A stretch of 64,000 bases of DNA, taken from positions 18,082,992-18,146,991 of the forward strand of contig CM119267.1 of assembly GCA_051294375.1 (NCBI GenBank), given 5' to 3'. Made by a program: the position numbers and the translations under genes. This document shows positions 23,816 to 38,129 of the stretch, piece by piece. The notes beneath the pieces were generated by a model that had not been told where the DNA came from, made no database searches, and worked only from the letters and a program-made list of their open reading frames with translations. How positions within the stretch are numbered: position 1 is the first letter of the stretch; every line of letters begins with the position of its first letter. The stretch comes from Paraspadella gotoi. Taxonomy: Eukaryota > Animalia > Chaetognatha.

Positions 23816-24091
23816 CGTTAGACGGCTTTACAAGGACGCTAAAAGTCGGGAATGTTTCGAAATAAAGAATTACTACGAATTAACTAATAACTGATTAAAA
23901 AAAAATTGTACCCGAGATTAGGGGCCAGAGCTGTCGACGTTGTTTAATAATTTCAAATGGTTTGTATTGCGGATGTATTTTTTTTTTTTTATAATTTCTA
24001 AGCTCAATAAATTTTGATATTCAATTTGAATTTGTTTCTTGCTCAGGGTTGAGAGTTAGTCAAAGTGCAGATACAGTTCAATGAAGATAGC

Positions 24092-24410
24092 TCAGTTACC
24101 CTCTCCAATTGGGATTTCGCAAAGATATCTGAATGTGAGTTGGTAGTCATAGTCAATCCAATTGTCGCGAGGCGAGATAGGATATCCACGTCTTGAAGTT
24201 CTCCATCGGCATTCCATACTTCCAGCTCCACTCGCCTCTTCTTCCCTTTCCTCTCGCGCCCAACCGTTACCGTAATCGATCCTCTTCAACTCCGCGAACG
24301 CGTGGTACCACTCGTCGCTCGACTCCGCCGCTGCCAAATCGCCGCCACGAAGCCGACACCGATGGCGTAGTCGGAGCCGCCGTAAGGGCGGAGGTGATAG
24401 AGACCGTCGT
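24092..24410 (-). pseudogene. Frameshifted C-type lectin domain remnant
   Basis: RCRLRGGDLAAAESSDEW in frame A, GEWSWKYGMPMENFKTW in frame B, and WIDYDYQLTFRYLCE* back in frame A. These CTLD motifs are in the correct order but split across frames. Confidence 0.65.
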
Positions 24411-26475
24411 CTTTTGTTAAAAACGATTAATTTTTAGCTCGATCTGCTTGCAGCATATCCCGCCTCTATAATTCACTTTGTCTTTTTATATCAATTTATC
24501 AATCAATTAATTTATCGATCAAATAATAGAAGAATAAATAAAATCAATCGATCATTCGATTAGTCGACGTCGTCGCCCTCACTTTTGTCGTGATTAATGA
24601 TCACGATGGTCAATGACTATTGACTAGTGACCTGACGAAAAAAGACCACCATAAAAACTATAAAGACCATCACCTGCATTACCAGAATTAAAACAGCTAC
24701 TACATAAAAAAACTAAAAAAATAAAATCCACTAATCGTCTTTGACTTCGATGAAACTACTGTAGTCACTTTTACTTTCCGCCCAAACAATTGAAATCGCG
24801 GTGACAACAATCACAAAGCATTAAGTCGATGGGAAAAACCCCATTTTTCCCCCGGCTTCTGTGAGCGGTTTTCAAAATTTGTCACAAGCTACAGTTACTG
24901 GTTGAAACTTTTAAAGCGCTTTCATTTACGCTTGCATTCTCATCTCTTATTCGAGATTTTCACATTTATCTCACAACTTCATTTGCATCGATAAGCTTTG
25001 ACACTCTTGTCGTTCACGATGTGAAAATATCGCGTGGAACAGCTGTGTACGCTTTGGAAATGAGAAATGAGAACGTCATTGTAAAGCCTTATGCACCTAT
25101 TCTATCGTTATACGGTCAATGGCAAATATTAAGTTTTTGTTTTTTTGAGGCGCCAACACTGTCGAACAGTCTGTTTTAACGGAAGTGTTCATCCGTAGGG
25201 CATAGATTTGTGACAGTAGAAAAAACGCAGAAAGCAAGGGTGAGTTTGGGAGTATTTATTTTTTTGTGATTCTGTCTCTTGATTGACGCTCTTTTTGAGA
25301 TACATTCTATTTGTCAATTTTGATTTCCTATTTTAGAATGATGACACTGTAAATAAACATTTAATGTTCATGGCTTGCTAAAATATTGTAGTGATAAAAA
25401 AAGCCTAACAGAAGCTAAAAAAAATGATTCAGAAGTAAAAAGGAATGACGTCGCCAGACCAGAGGGGCTTAAAATAAAAAAAATAGGCTCCATTTCTAAT
25501 GACAAAGTAACTGTTTGTATACTGTTTTTATATGCTGTTCTAAATATCGTCATGTCAGCAATGATGATGAGACTAAACCGCGATTTCTATCGACCGTCGA
25601 TGTTTTCCGCGTTGGGATTCGTTATCGCTGCTTGAGAAATTGGTCCGACTATTGATTGGAACTCGCACATCGACGGCTTCTCATTTCCTTTCCCAATTCC
25701 CTGCTGAATCAACCCCTCACTCGGAAATCTCATAGAAACAGTTCTGAGGCCGGGGATTTGTCGAAAGCGTTTCGCTTCTCGTTTTCTTCTTTCCCAGCCT
25801 GACTTAGGTTTGTTTTTTTTTTGTTGTTGTTTTTTTGTTGTTTTTCTTTTTGGCCTGGGTTTGGTTTCGTTCTGCCATGCTTCATTCGCACTTAGTTTTT
25901 TAGGGTATTGGGCCATTGGCTCTTTATTAGTTTTTCGTCTTGACGTTTCACGCTTCAATTTCCGCTTCAAGTTCAACGGCTTATCATTTCTTGTTTCATT
26001 ATTTTTCCGTTTCATTTTTAATTTTGTCTTCTTTCGTCTCTGCGTGTATGAATTTTTCTTTATGGTGTAAAATTCTCAGCTTTCCCTACCGAAATGCCAT
26101 TTCTGAATTCATAATTTCTTCGTTTATCTTCCGTTATATCTAACTAATAACTATCAAATTGAGAAACTCTTCTGAAGAGTTTTTTTTTTCTACAATAAGA
26201 CAGTGTTTTCAGTTTTTAAGTTTTGTACTTCGTCACAAAATGATTATGAGAAATTTTAGTCTATGACTATAGATCCGGAGAAATTAACGCGAGTTACAGA
26301 TTATGAAAAAAATAGTTCCCATCCCGTCGCATTAATGTAAACAACAATGTTAAACTTCTCAACAACTGACACGTGTATTAATGCACGAAAAGTACGTAAC
26401 AAGAAGCGCGGACGGTTTTCAAAACATTTAAATACGAGAAACGTGTAACGCGAAGGAAGCGACTAGGGGGGGGAC

Positions 26476-29400
26476 TTACACGTCGAAATAAATATGGTTA
26501 GGATTTTTCTCGCAGGGGCTGATGGGTTTGTATTCCACGTCCATCTCGAGCGTGTGCAGAAAGCTGAATGGGAATATGGGGGCAGTGTAAGAACGGGAAA
26601 TATCGAGGCGGCGAAGCGATATCTTTTGTTTTTTTCTCTCTATACTCTGTTCTTGCATATCAAATTGAACGCGCTTTGATAGGCATTTTTGTTAACATTT
26701 ACTTTGCAATATTTATCCTCCAGATGGCTACCATCAAAAGGCGATAGCGTTTTTTTTAAAAAGTATTTTCAATATATAAACAAATTTGAGCAAACAATGT
26801 CGGATCTGCCCATTATCATTATTTGTCAGTTATTTGGGATCAAATTTTAGGTCTTTTCGTAACTAACCACGACAAAAGCAATGACGACGATGAGAATATT
26901 GCCAATAACGATTGACTTAATTGATTGACTGATTATTTAATTATTGATTATATAATTGATTAATTAACTCATTAATTATTTGATTAATTAATATATCTTG
27001 CCTTTACATTTAATATAAAAAGAAAAAGAAGCATAATCAATTAGTAAAACAGGTTTTTTATTTTTTCCATTTAAACTCATTTCCCTTCAGACGATTCCAT
27101 CGAAACTTGAATCACACACTTTCCTACCCACGATTCCATCGAAACTTCATATCCAGCTTAATCACACACTTCTTTACCCACACACAAAATTTCATTCCAA
27201 TCCATCCTTCAAATCACGAGTAATTTGGTTTTTTTTGCTAATGTGGGACGGACAGATGGACATAATTTTTTTTGCCGTAAATTATCATAATTCGATGTTC
27301 TGACATGATATAAGCGAATGCCCGACAATATTGAGGGGGCGGACCGATGGACCGACAAAGTGAATTATAGAGTCGGGATCTGCTGATAAGCGGATCCGAC
27401 TAAAAATAAAAGGGTTTACTATATTGTATTGCACTCAAATTTTCTCACCTCGGGCTGTTGGGTATGAAGGCTTCGGCGCCGTCGGCGGCGCCCGGTTTGG
27501 TGATAATGATGGTGGGCGTGGCCGCCGCTTGGTGACGAAGGTTCGTGCAGGCGGGATTGGAAGCCGAGGTCGCAGCGCCGGCGCCGGCGCCGCTTGAGGA
27601 CGAACTTCCGCGCGACTTCCGGGCGCCTTTGACGCCGGAGGGAAGACGACGCTTGGCTTTAAATTTGGTATAACGGGGATGGGGTTATGGCGGGCAAAGA
27701 GTGACAATTAAAAAAACTATTGCATCCTTGATAAAAACTAATGGCATCCTCGAGTAAAACGTCTGATAAACAGCGAAAACGGTTTCGAATATTTAGAAAA
27801 AAATCTTAAAAGTATAGTGATCTCGCCAGATGTTACTATCAAATAAAATTAATGAAAAATCTGAAATAAAAAAAAGAATGATTGATGTAATAACAAATTA
27901 TTGTAATTATAGTAATTGATTGATGTAATAATAATTGATTGATTGATGTAACATGTAATAGTAATTTATTAATTGATGTAATAATAATTGATTATTAATG
28001 CACTGATAAATATTAATACGATGATAATTATTTATTAATTTAATGATAATCATTTATTGATGCAATAGGTTATTTATTATAAATAAAAATAAACAAGAGA
28101 GGCAGAAAGAAAGAAAAAAAGATAGATGGATAGCCGCTGCAGTTTTTAGACGAATCATAAAAAGCTGCGATCGAAAAAGAGAGAGAGATTAAAATATAAT
28201 TAAAAGAGAGAATGAATGGATGGCCGCTGAACAGTTGCTGCAGAGCTGAACTCGTTTATATATATAAAAATTGTTTTGTAAATAAAATATAAATAAATAA
28301 GTATAGGAATATCAAATATGTAAAACTAAAAGATATTACTGATTAGAAGTTATATCTAAATTTTTAGCTTCTTATGGTTGCACAGTTAAGCTATTTTAAA
28401 TATTAAAATAGTATGGTAACAACGACAATGATAACTATAGTGAAAAGAAACAGAAAAGAATTAACATCTCGCCCAAGTCGGGCTTTCGCCTGTCTGGCGA
28501 GATAAAAAAATATTTCGTTTTTTTCCATCAAATTGGCAGAAAAAAAAACTTTTTGTTTTTCGCCTCACTGTCTCTCTCTTCCCCCCCCTTTTTTTTTCTC
28601 TCTCTCTCTCCCTCCCCGGAAATTTCGATAACTGCTTTTGTCACGTTCCCTTTTCCGAGGTCTTTGTTTTCGAATCGCAGTTGAAAGAAAAATGTGGTGA
28701 AAATTGGAGTGAAAAATTAAAATGAAAATTGGTGATAAAAAATGGGAAATTTTCTGTCTTTGCAAGTAATCAACTCTGAGACAAACGTGAAATCGTGAGC
28801 TGTCAAGGTTCGTGCCCTGTCACGGGTACGGTCAATACCGTGACTTTCACGCTTTCGCGCGTGCTAATCGTGAATTCCCTCGACGCGGGGACTACGACGA
28901 CCGCGTAAATCCCGAGTATGTAAATCGTGTTGTCGGGCAGGGAAAGGGTAAGGGAGAGAGGGGGGGAATCTGTTTCGCTCGGGTAAGGATGGGAGATGGA
29001 TTTATCGGGTGGGGAAAGGGAGACGAGCCGGTGAGTTTATGCGAACTCTCTCTTTCTCCTCGGCTTCCACGGTTAACGGCTTCCAGGAACGAAAAGCGGC
29101 GATGCGCGATGCCGTTGCTAATGACAACGCGCTACTCACCCCCCCCTTCTCAGTCCGAGCGGGTGAGAATTACGAGAAACCCTTCCAGGGCGGAATCGTG
29201 GGGCGTCTGACCAAATTCAGATTAAGAGTTTTTTTTTCCTATTTATTTTTCAATTTACATTATAAAAAAAAAATTTAAATTAAAATGGAATATATTCGGT
29301 TTTTTGAATTTGAAACGTATAGGTCGTATGAAACGACCTTAGCCTCTATTATTATTACAATTTCTTGTAGAAACCCATTAAAAGCTGTCGAGCCCAGATG

Positions 29401-31094
29401 CAAAGAGAGTCGAGATAAAAAATAAAAGTGAAAAGCACGTTTTTTTATCGAAAGCCGGAAAAGGTTATAAAATATGCGGGAGCGGATTTGACGTGAGGCC
29501 AAGCCTCTCGCTAGCACAGCGAACGATGATCCTCGACGCAGGAAAAGATCGTTAATTATCTTGAATAATTATGAATATTATTGTCATGAAATCATTTAAG
29601 CCAATTCATTTTTTAAAAATAAAACCCATGGATGGCATATAATGCCTTTTAAATTTCTTAACTTTCGATAAAAATATTATTATAGGTTGGTTGTTCGATG
29701 AAGTTGAAAAAGTTCGGTGATTTTTCGTCTTCTGTTTACGTTTTCTTCCCATTTGAGACTAATGCGAGGACCTGAACCAGGATTTTTCCCGCCTTTCGTC
29801 TCGGACGGAAAAACCCTTCGACGCCAAACATCAGCCACGTTCGAGTTTTGGGTGAACTCGATAATGATGTTGTCGGAATCACAATAACAAGAAAGGGTTG
29901 GTGTGGGACCGTGGGGGTGTTATAGGAGTGAGACGGGAAGAGGAAATAAAAACGAAAAAAAAGAGAATAAAAAAAAACAAACTAAATTTGCTTCCTTTAT
30001 TGTATCACGACAGAGTAAATACTAATATCCCGACATTCGTCACAGTTTCACCGTCTCACCATCGAATCTTTCTTGCAACAAATTCCCTACTCCACCTTCC
30101 CTGCGCGACCTCCTAAAATCAACTTCCGTCTTTCTCCCCCCTCCTCCCCGCACCTCTGAGTTTAGCCTCCACGGAGGGCGAGACTACGACCGGCTCGGCG
30201 GCGCTCCTTTCTCCTGCTCCGCCGCTGCCGCTGCCGCCGCCCTCGTCGTTGGTGAGAAGCGCTCGGCGGCGGAGGCGTAAGCGGCGTCGATGATGATCGT
30301 CGGCGGGTCGCGAGTGAATCCCGGCGCCACGTTCGACACGGATTTCTGTGAGACGAGGGAGGGGGGGGGGGTTATTCGATTTTATTCGCCGCTGACTTCT
30401 CGACAGATTTGACTTTATTCTCATTTTTTTTATTGAGTTTATTTTACTCCTTTTTTTTTTTCATCCTTTTATTTCCCCTCTTTCTGCTCTTATTTTATTT
30501 TCTTATCTTTCCTTGTATTTTTTTCCGTCGTCCTCGTCCAATTCTTGGCTGGAGGGAGAGGGCGAGACGATCTCTGTCACTGTTGGTTGTCTTTTGTCCA
30601 AGGTCACGTGTTTGCCGCCGTTGCGACGCCTGGCGTATAAAGGACAAGCTCAAGGAAACACTTTGATTCGTGATTCATGAGAAAGCATCGTATTAGTTGT
30701 GAATTACGATTTATGACGAACCCTGCATTGATTGGCTGATATTCCTACGTCGAAATAAATAAAACCTAAAAAAAAAAAAGAACATTCCTATTTTGTCTCA
30801 TATTTTATCTTATGTCTCCTTCTCTTCCGTTTTGTAGTCGCAGCCGGAAAAAACCCACCCGAAAGTCGTCATGATGAATATACTCCCATAATCTGGGAAA
30901 GGGAGGTGGTGGGGGAAGGGCTGAATAAAAAAGTGTGAACGAAGAGAAGGAAGAAAAAAGGGGGCGTGGCCACTGAGTTCGGCACTTCGGTTCCTTTTTG
31001 CTTTCAGCGTCGACGCCATTACTGCGAACGAGTTCGGGTTATGGTTCTCTCTCTTTCTTCTCATGGAAATTCTTTCTGCGTCTCCCTCTCTCGA

Positions 31095-31147
<53 letters not shown>

Positions 31148-32657
31148 TCTCCTCTCTCTCTCTCTCTTCTCTCTCTCTCTTCTCCCTTTTCGTCGAAATG
31201 TGTAAAAATTCAGCCCAATAATTTTCTCTCTCTAGTCTTTCTCTCTCTACCTCTCTGTCTCCCTATTTTTTTTCTCTTTTCATTATGATACCATTTTCTC
31301 TCTTCGCTTCATTCTCAAATAGGGACGGACAGGAGCTAAAGTTCTTCCGCCATTTTTTCCGCTATGAGCAGCATGGACCAAGAGAATTAGTCCAATCGCC
31401 CTGTAAAAACACTTCTCAAACCCAAAAGTAGAATGTTCTTTTGCTACTTTCGATCAAATGATCTGGCACGATTCTCTGAAACAGTATCTAGTTAAATACT
31501 CGTTATTGACCCCAAAGTTTCTTGTAATGAGGCGATCACAAATTTATCGATAAGACGGTTCTTTCCGGTGGATTCATGGCGGTAAGGCCCTGTTTTTTTT
31601 CTCGTTTGCTAAGGAACTCCAAGTCGCGCCCTCTTACGTTGAATGACGCCCGCCGAGGAGGGCGCAGCAACCGCAGGCGCGAGCGAACTTGCGGTGCAGC
31701 GACGTTGGATCCACGCAGAGCCACATCGAACCGAAGACGGAGACGCCCGCTCCCCCGTAGATGAAGCCCTTTGTGTGAGAGAAAAACTTCCATCACTTGT
31801 CAATTCCCTCATCTCTCTTTCCTGACACTCGTCTCATTCCTCTATCACATCCCTGTCCTCATTTCTCATTCCTCTTTAACCTCTCACTCAATTTCACTTT
31901 CCCCGCCACTCATTCTTTCCCCTTTCACACCTTTAGCACCCTTCAGGCATTTACCTCTGACCTCTCAGTCAGATCGCATTGTTTTCACCTCTCTCCTTCC
32001 TTCTTTACACCCCCACTTCTCATAGCCCTCAACACTCTTGTGATTTATCACTCCCCTTCACTTCTCACCCACCTGATCGTCCATGTAAGTGACGCCGAGG
32101 ATGAGAAGGACGAGACCGGCGATCATCGTGACGAGAGCGAAGGCCATCAACAGGGCCGCGCATCTCGTCTGGGCTGCGGGCGATGACGGGGTAATGAAAG
32201 GTGAGTCACAATACAAGAAGTGAGAAAGACTAAAAGATAAATAATAAAGAGTAAACGGTAAGTCGCAATGTAGCCATTATCCTGTAGAAAGGAGTGAGAT
32301 TGGTAACTATTAGTATTACACATGTTTGGCTCTTTCTATCATGCGTTTACGATAACAAAAGATCTTCGTCACCCGAGGTACGGAACGCCGATTCTGTGTC
32401 ATTGAAACTTTCGTAAAAAAGAAACGGCGAAAAGCCCTCGGTGACCTCACTTACAGTATAGTCTGCGCCGAAAACTAGCAGCCTAAAAACCGTCGGCCCT
32501 TAACGAATAACGAGCATTGTCCCTGTTCGACGCGCCCATACTTACCCGGGGTGAGGTCGGCGAACGACTTCCTCCGCCTTTCCGAGCGCCTGGAGGAAGT
32601 CTCCGGGATTCTGAACCGTCCTTCCCTCAAGGCGTTCGGATCGTAGCGAAGGAACAT
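26476..32657 (-). CDS. Orphan two-transmembrane protein with long disordered C-tail
   Basis: Exons (-) 32657-32546, 32173-32073, 31768-31638, 31021-30974, 30892-30859, 30345-30154, 27656-27449, 26563-26476. TMs AALLMAFALVTMIAGLVLLILGVTY and FIYGGAGVSVFGSMWLCV. The first three exons are solid. The link through exon 30345-30154 needs a 1-nt frameshift, otherwise the frame stops at 30184. Confidence 0.6.
27072..27406 (+). mobile_element. Helentron/DINE-1-like non-autonomous repeat, copy 2
   Basis: Homologous to 5772-6181, with an intact 3' hairpin GTCGGGATCTGC-TGATAA-GCGGATCCGAC followed by TAAAAA. Confidence 0.65.
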
Positions 32658-33505
32658 TGCGCCGACTGACGACGATGACGACGAAGTGAAACGGCGACGA
32701 CGATCGCGACGTCGATCGGGTCACTAAGTTCCTCGACTTCTCGTCATTCCGTGGTCGAGCGGACTTTGGTGAGTGTCTTTTTGTTTGCCTTTTTCTACTT
32801 CTTTTTTTTTTCCTCGATTAGTCGAAAGAGGTCTCTCAGAGAAAAGTAATTTATTTGGAAAGGGGGGGGATGTCTTTTTTTTTTTCTTTTTCTTTGTACG
32901 AAACAGAAGGTACTTTTTTTATTCTGCGACTTTTGTTCTCTCTTCGGGGGAAAAATATTCGTCGAAAGTCGACTTCAGCGACTCTGACGGGAAAAAAAAA
33001 TAAGAGAGAACGACGAAACAAAAATTCGGAAGCCAGTTTTTTTTTTGGGGGGGGGGCAGGGGGGTGTTTTCTTTTCACCGATGCCAGAGAGAAAGATACG
33101 TGACGGAAAGCGAATTTTAAAAAGTAACGTTAGTATTTTTTTTTTTCGTTGTCAACGATTTTTTGGTTGTTTTTTTTTTAGATTTATTTTTGTTTCAATT
33201 AATTTTTTTTTTTTTTTAATTTTTTTTCTCCTGGTTCGAGTTTTTTAAAGTTTTTTTTTTTTTTCTCTCCTCAGTCAAACGAGAGGCGATTTAAGGCGAA
33301 ATGGGTTTCGGATCTAATCACTCCTTTGACGTTCGTGAGAAGCGTCATGGGTCAAAAAAAAAAAAAAAAAAAAAAAGCGACGGCGAAGGAGAAGGGGAGC
33401 GATGGAAGAGGAAGGGGGTGGGGTAGAGGAATGGAGCGGGAAGAAGTGAGTAGAGGAGCTAATGTGGAGAGGAATCGAGAGACAGGGAAAAGGGAAGCTT
33501 CGAAA

Positions 33506-33543
<38 letters not shown>

Positions 33544-34577
33544 GAAAATTGGTTCTTGCAGGATTGATAGTGATTTAGAAAGGGGTTGAGAAAAAGTAGA
33601 AGAAAAATAAAGGCTTGAAAAGGGAAAACGAAAAGATAGCTGATGTCAAAGGTTCCAGGCAGAAATCTTGTGAAATGAAAAAAATGGGGAAAAAAAATAA
33701 GATGAAATAAAGTAATAAGAGGAGAGAGCGTCGTGGAGACGGTTAAAGATGCCGTTGTGCGTAAACTGTAGCGGCGGAAAGTCTTCGCAAAGAATTATTT
33801 TTTTTTTTTGCAAATGAAAATTCTTCGGTTTCTTTGTAGCGCCAGACACGCAGCGGTATATTGCGTGGCCGATTTCGTTGTTGTTATCGTTGTTGCGTTA
33901 ATAAGTGATGCTTTCGCGGATTCGAAGCGCAAGTTAAGTGGTGCGTCTATTTAAATCAAGAGTTTCTTTTCGCGGATTAATTCGAAGAATACAAAAAAAA
34001 AAGAAAGAGTAAAAAAAGTAGTTCGGTGCTGACATTAACGCGAGTGAACGACGATCTGCATGCCGTATATAGTGAAAAATCCTGTAGGGAGGAAGGAAAA
34101 AAAAATGATCGAATTAAAACTCAATCGAGAAACGTAATTTATTTTTTTTCCGCCGCTCGACGCGCTCGTTAATTAATGGCGCTAAATGGCGTTTGCCCCT
34201 TTTCTCATCGTTAATGGTATAAAAACGGAAAACGTTGATCATTACTTTGCGAGAAGGTATCACCTTGCCAAGTAGCCCGAGAATCGGAGCGAGGCCCTCT
34301 CCAAAAATTTTTTTGTCGATAAAAACGCACTCTGCTCGTGTAATTTTTCTGGCACCATTTTTTTTTGGATCGGCATTTATCGTAACGGCGCGGATGATGT
34401 CGAAGTAGACGACGACGAAAACGACGTCCAAGACGAGGCTGACAACAAATAACTGACCCAAGCGTTGATTATGACTCATATATGAGGCGACATCATCGTT
34501 TTAAAATTTGTTTATCTTTGCCTCATAAAATGGGTCTGACGTTGAAAGCGTCGCTTTATGACGACAGGTATTGAAAG

Positions 34578-34670
<93 letters not shown>
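34578..34670. repeat. (CT)n microsatellite, one of many GA/CT tracts between 31 and 63.5 kb
   Basis: Pure dinucleotide run. Others at about 31070-31180, 33510-33540, 36400-36490, 50405-50468, 53878-53985, 59760-60205 and 61860-62480. Confidence 0.98.
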
Positions 34671-34674
<4 letters not shown>

Positions 34675-34792
34675 CCTGGTTCCGAATCGAAAATTATTAG
34701 ATTAAAAGGAGAATATTCTCGGTTTGCGTGCAAATTTGCCGACTTTCGAGCGATGATGTACCGATACCTCTCAATAAAACAAAGTTAAATAT

Positions 34793-34831
<39 letters not shown>

Positions 34832-36301
34832 TCATATTAAGATGCCGTGGCGACTGGGTCGTTATTGGAATTATCGACGTTCTCTCCACTTGAGATCCGG
34901 TTCTCTCCTGTTCGGTCCAGACTTTGAGCGAAAGAGGGAAAAAAAAATCTAACATCGAATGAGATTTGCATCTGAATTGTGGAACCGACGACGTCAGAGT
35001 TGTCATCACCGAAAAAAGTGAGAGTGACAATTTTGTTCGTTCTCGACGTTGGGCGCTGGCGATTCAATTTGACGAAACGACAACGGCGGCTGAGAAATTC
35101 CCGAGTTTAAAACGCGAAAGTAAGAAAAAAAAGTTAGTTTGAAAAACTAACAGCTGAGAGGAAAATAAAAAGTAAAGCAATTATAACAAAAATAGAACAA
35201 TAATAAAAACAGGTGGAGTAACAACGCGTATATAAAGAAGTCGAGCGGGGAATTTTCCCGGATAAAGTAAAGAATAGTTAATAGTACTACAAAGATATAA
35301 ACGAAAAAGTTAAAAAGCTTCACGATTAAACCGCATCGCACGAAGCCGCGTCATTCCACGCCATGCCACGCCTCCGTCCGATAACTAATGGAGGAAACGA
35401 CTGTTGATTCAAAAGAAGGCGGGAAGTTCTAAACACCCACTCCCCCCCTTACTCCACGCCCACCCATCCGGACCCACTCCCACCCCACTCCACCTCCTAC
35501 TCCGCGCAGAGATTCGAGAAACGAGTTGATCCGAATCGTGAAACTGGAAGAGAGTTCAACGACTTTGTGGAAGTCGTCGTTGTCGTTGTCGGTGGCGGCT
35601 GCGGCTGCGGCGGCGGCGGCGGCTCTTTTAGCGAAGATTCGGAAAAGAAAAACTGTCAAGATTCGTTGAGAAGGAAATAGAAACTCGAAAGACTAGAAAC
35701 GCTCGACGGTCGACGCTCTGAATCCTTAGGCTTAGACTAACATTGTGTTTAATTTAATTAAGTAATTTACGTCATATGCCCGGAATAGCTCAAAAGTAAG
35801 ATGCCATTTCGTCAAGTTTTATGCGGAAGTTAAAAATCCTCAGTGGTACTTGAAGTGAATAAACGGGACTGTGAGAGAGTCTTGATTGAAAGCTTGCAGG
35901 GACCTGCTATGTCATTATCTTGTAAGAGTGATGGAGGCCTTAAACCATCAAAGCCTGTCCAAAGTCAGGGGCAAGATAGCTTATTTATTAAATGAATGGA
36001 TAATTTTTATATTGGTTGTACCAATTTCTTTAAAAAAATGTGGCGACCGTGAAAATGAAATGACGGATACGCGACTCTGACAAAATGAAAAAAAAAAGTC
36101 TTGGAATTTGAAATGTGCGGAAAAAAAAAAAGGAAAATATGATGAAAAGTTAAAAAGGTAACATCGAAAGGACAAAATCAGAGCGGTATGTAGTTTCACA
36201 GTGACGATCGTAAGATGTTCTTTTTTTATCACAAGTTTTAATCTTCGACGTCGTTTTTGCGGCCTTCAACGTGACTTCCTTTTTATTCTGGAATAGCGCC
36301 A

Positions 36302-36335
<34 letters not shown>

Positions 36336-36400
36336 AGATCACGTGAAACCAGAACGCGAAAAAGCGCGCAGCTCGCGTCGCGATTAAATGAAAAAAATGC

Positions 36401-36448
<48 letters not shown>

Positions 36449-36554
36449 GAGAGAGAGAGAGAGAGAAGAGGAGAGAGAAGAGAGAGAGAGAAACATATAG
36501 GTACAAAGTAAGGGAATTATGCTTCAAAAGAAAGAAAAAAAAAGAAAGAAAGAA

Positions 36555-36594
<40 letters not shown>

Positions 36595-36595
36595 A

Positions 36596-36627
<32 letters not shown>

Positions 36628-37659
36628 AAAAGAGTGAAAGAGAAAGCGGGAGAGGGTAAGAAATGGGAAAAAGAAAAGGAAATTTCGATGTCTGCGTCAT
36701 AATGAAATCATTCATCGATTTGTCACAAAATGACCTTGTGATACTCTCACAGATAGGATCGTTTGACCTTTCTGGGAATCAAAAAAAAAAAAAAAGAAAG
36801 ATATCGTGTCAGTTCGGAAAATTGTTTGAACTACAAAGACGAATCGTAATCCAATGATAGTTTAAAATTAAATCAGTTTTTCGGAATTTCGGGTTGACCT
36901 CTATTTTCTTTTTGTCCATTTGATTGGGAGTTCGGTATTTTTTTGGCTCGCTTCTTCCGCTTTTTAAAAGGACACATATGCTATGTGATGTTTTTCCACT
37001 GTTTCTCGGCGAGCGAAGTTTGTCTCTCTGTCTGGCTGAACATATGTCTGTCTATCTGTTTGTCTGTCTGTTTCTTTCTCTCTCTCTCTTTCTTTCCCCC
37101 CCCCCCAATTCAAAAATGCCCTTTTTATCTCTAAAATCTAAAAGGAAATGTCTCGAAATTTACAAAAAGAAGCTAAAACTGTACAAAAACGGAAAAAAAC
37201 CCTCTCTTCTCGCGACAACGAAAAACCGCCAGAGCAACAACGCAATCGTGTCGCAGCTGACACCCGCCTGCCGTATGCCGCCTGCCAAATGCCGCCTGCC
37301 GTTTGCTGTCTGCTGCCACCCGCCTGCCTGCCGGGTATAAGTTGCTTGACGTCAAACAGACGAGAAAGATTTTGTTTCGCGAGTGAGAAACGAAATAAGT
37401 TTTTTTTTCGTCAAGGCTAATTATTGCTCTAAATAAATTTAAATAAGTTGGTATTTATAAACAAAGTTTTAATTTTTTACAGAACAGTAATAGATGGATT
37501 TTTTTTTATGAATTTCGCTCATAAGAAATTACCGTTACAATTTGGCGAAAGGCGTTTGCCAAAAAAAAAAATATAATAATAATAATCCGCAAAAATTATC
37601 ATAGTAATAATATATAAATTAAATCTTAATGATTTAACCTTCGTACCTCATCGATAAAT

Positions 37660-38037
37660 ATGTGGAGCGAGACGATGAACGAGATGGCGTCGAGCCTCGT
37701 GAATTCAGCGTCGCTCGCTCCGCCCTGGCGGGCCACGCCCAATTTCGACGTCGAGACCTCGAAAAATAACGCGGAAGACGCCGACGCGGACGCCCCGGCG
37801 CGGAACGTCAACGCCGAGACCATCTTGAAACAGTTGCCCAGTTTCAACGCGGCGATCCAGGCTCAAGCGCCCAACGTGAACATGGCGGTGGACGCGCCCA
37901 TGCTCATCGGGACTTCCATCGCGGACGATGGAGACATCATGGAGTTGATCAGGATCCTTCAACGGGGATTCTATTGTCACATCCACGACGAGGACAAGCC
38001 GGCGACGAGACAACCGGAACGTGCTGAGGAGGCGGCG
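37660..38037 (+). CDS. First coding exon of an unidentified gene
   Basis: ATG 37660, strong GC3 codon bias (MWSETMNEMASSLV...RAEEAA), donor GTAGAT at 38038. No recognisable domain. Confidence 0.65.
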
Positions 38038-38129
38038 GTAGATTTGCAGAGTACAAGGTTAAGGGAGAGGGAGGAAGAAGGGGGTTGGGGGTGCGGCGCG
38101 AGGTGGTTGGCCGGGCAGGGAGTGCGGTC

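Noticed and set aside
25587-26015. 142-aa Lys/Arg-rich ORF on -
   Set aside because: It is driven by T-rich low complexity, has no motif, and lies downstream of the 26476 stop, probably in a 3' UTR.
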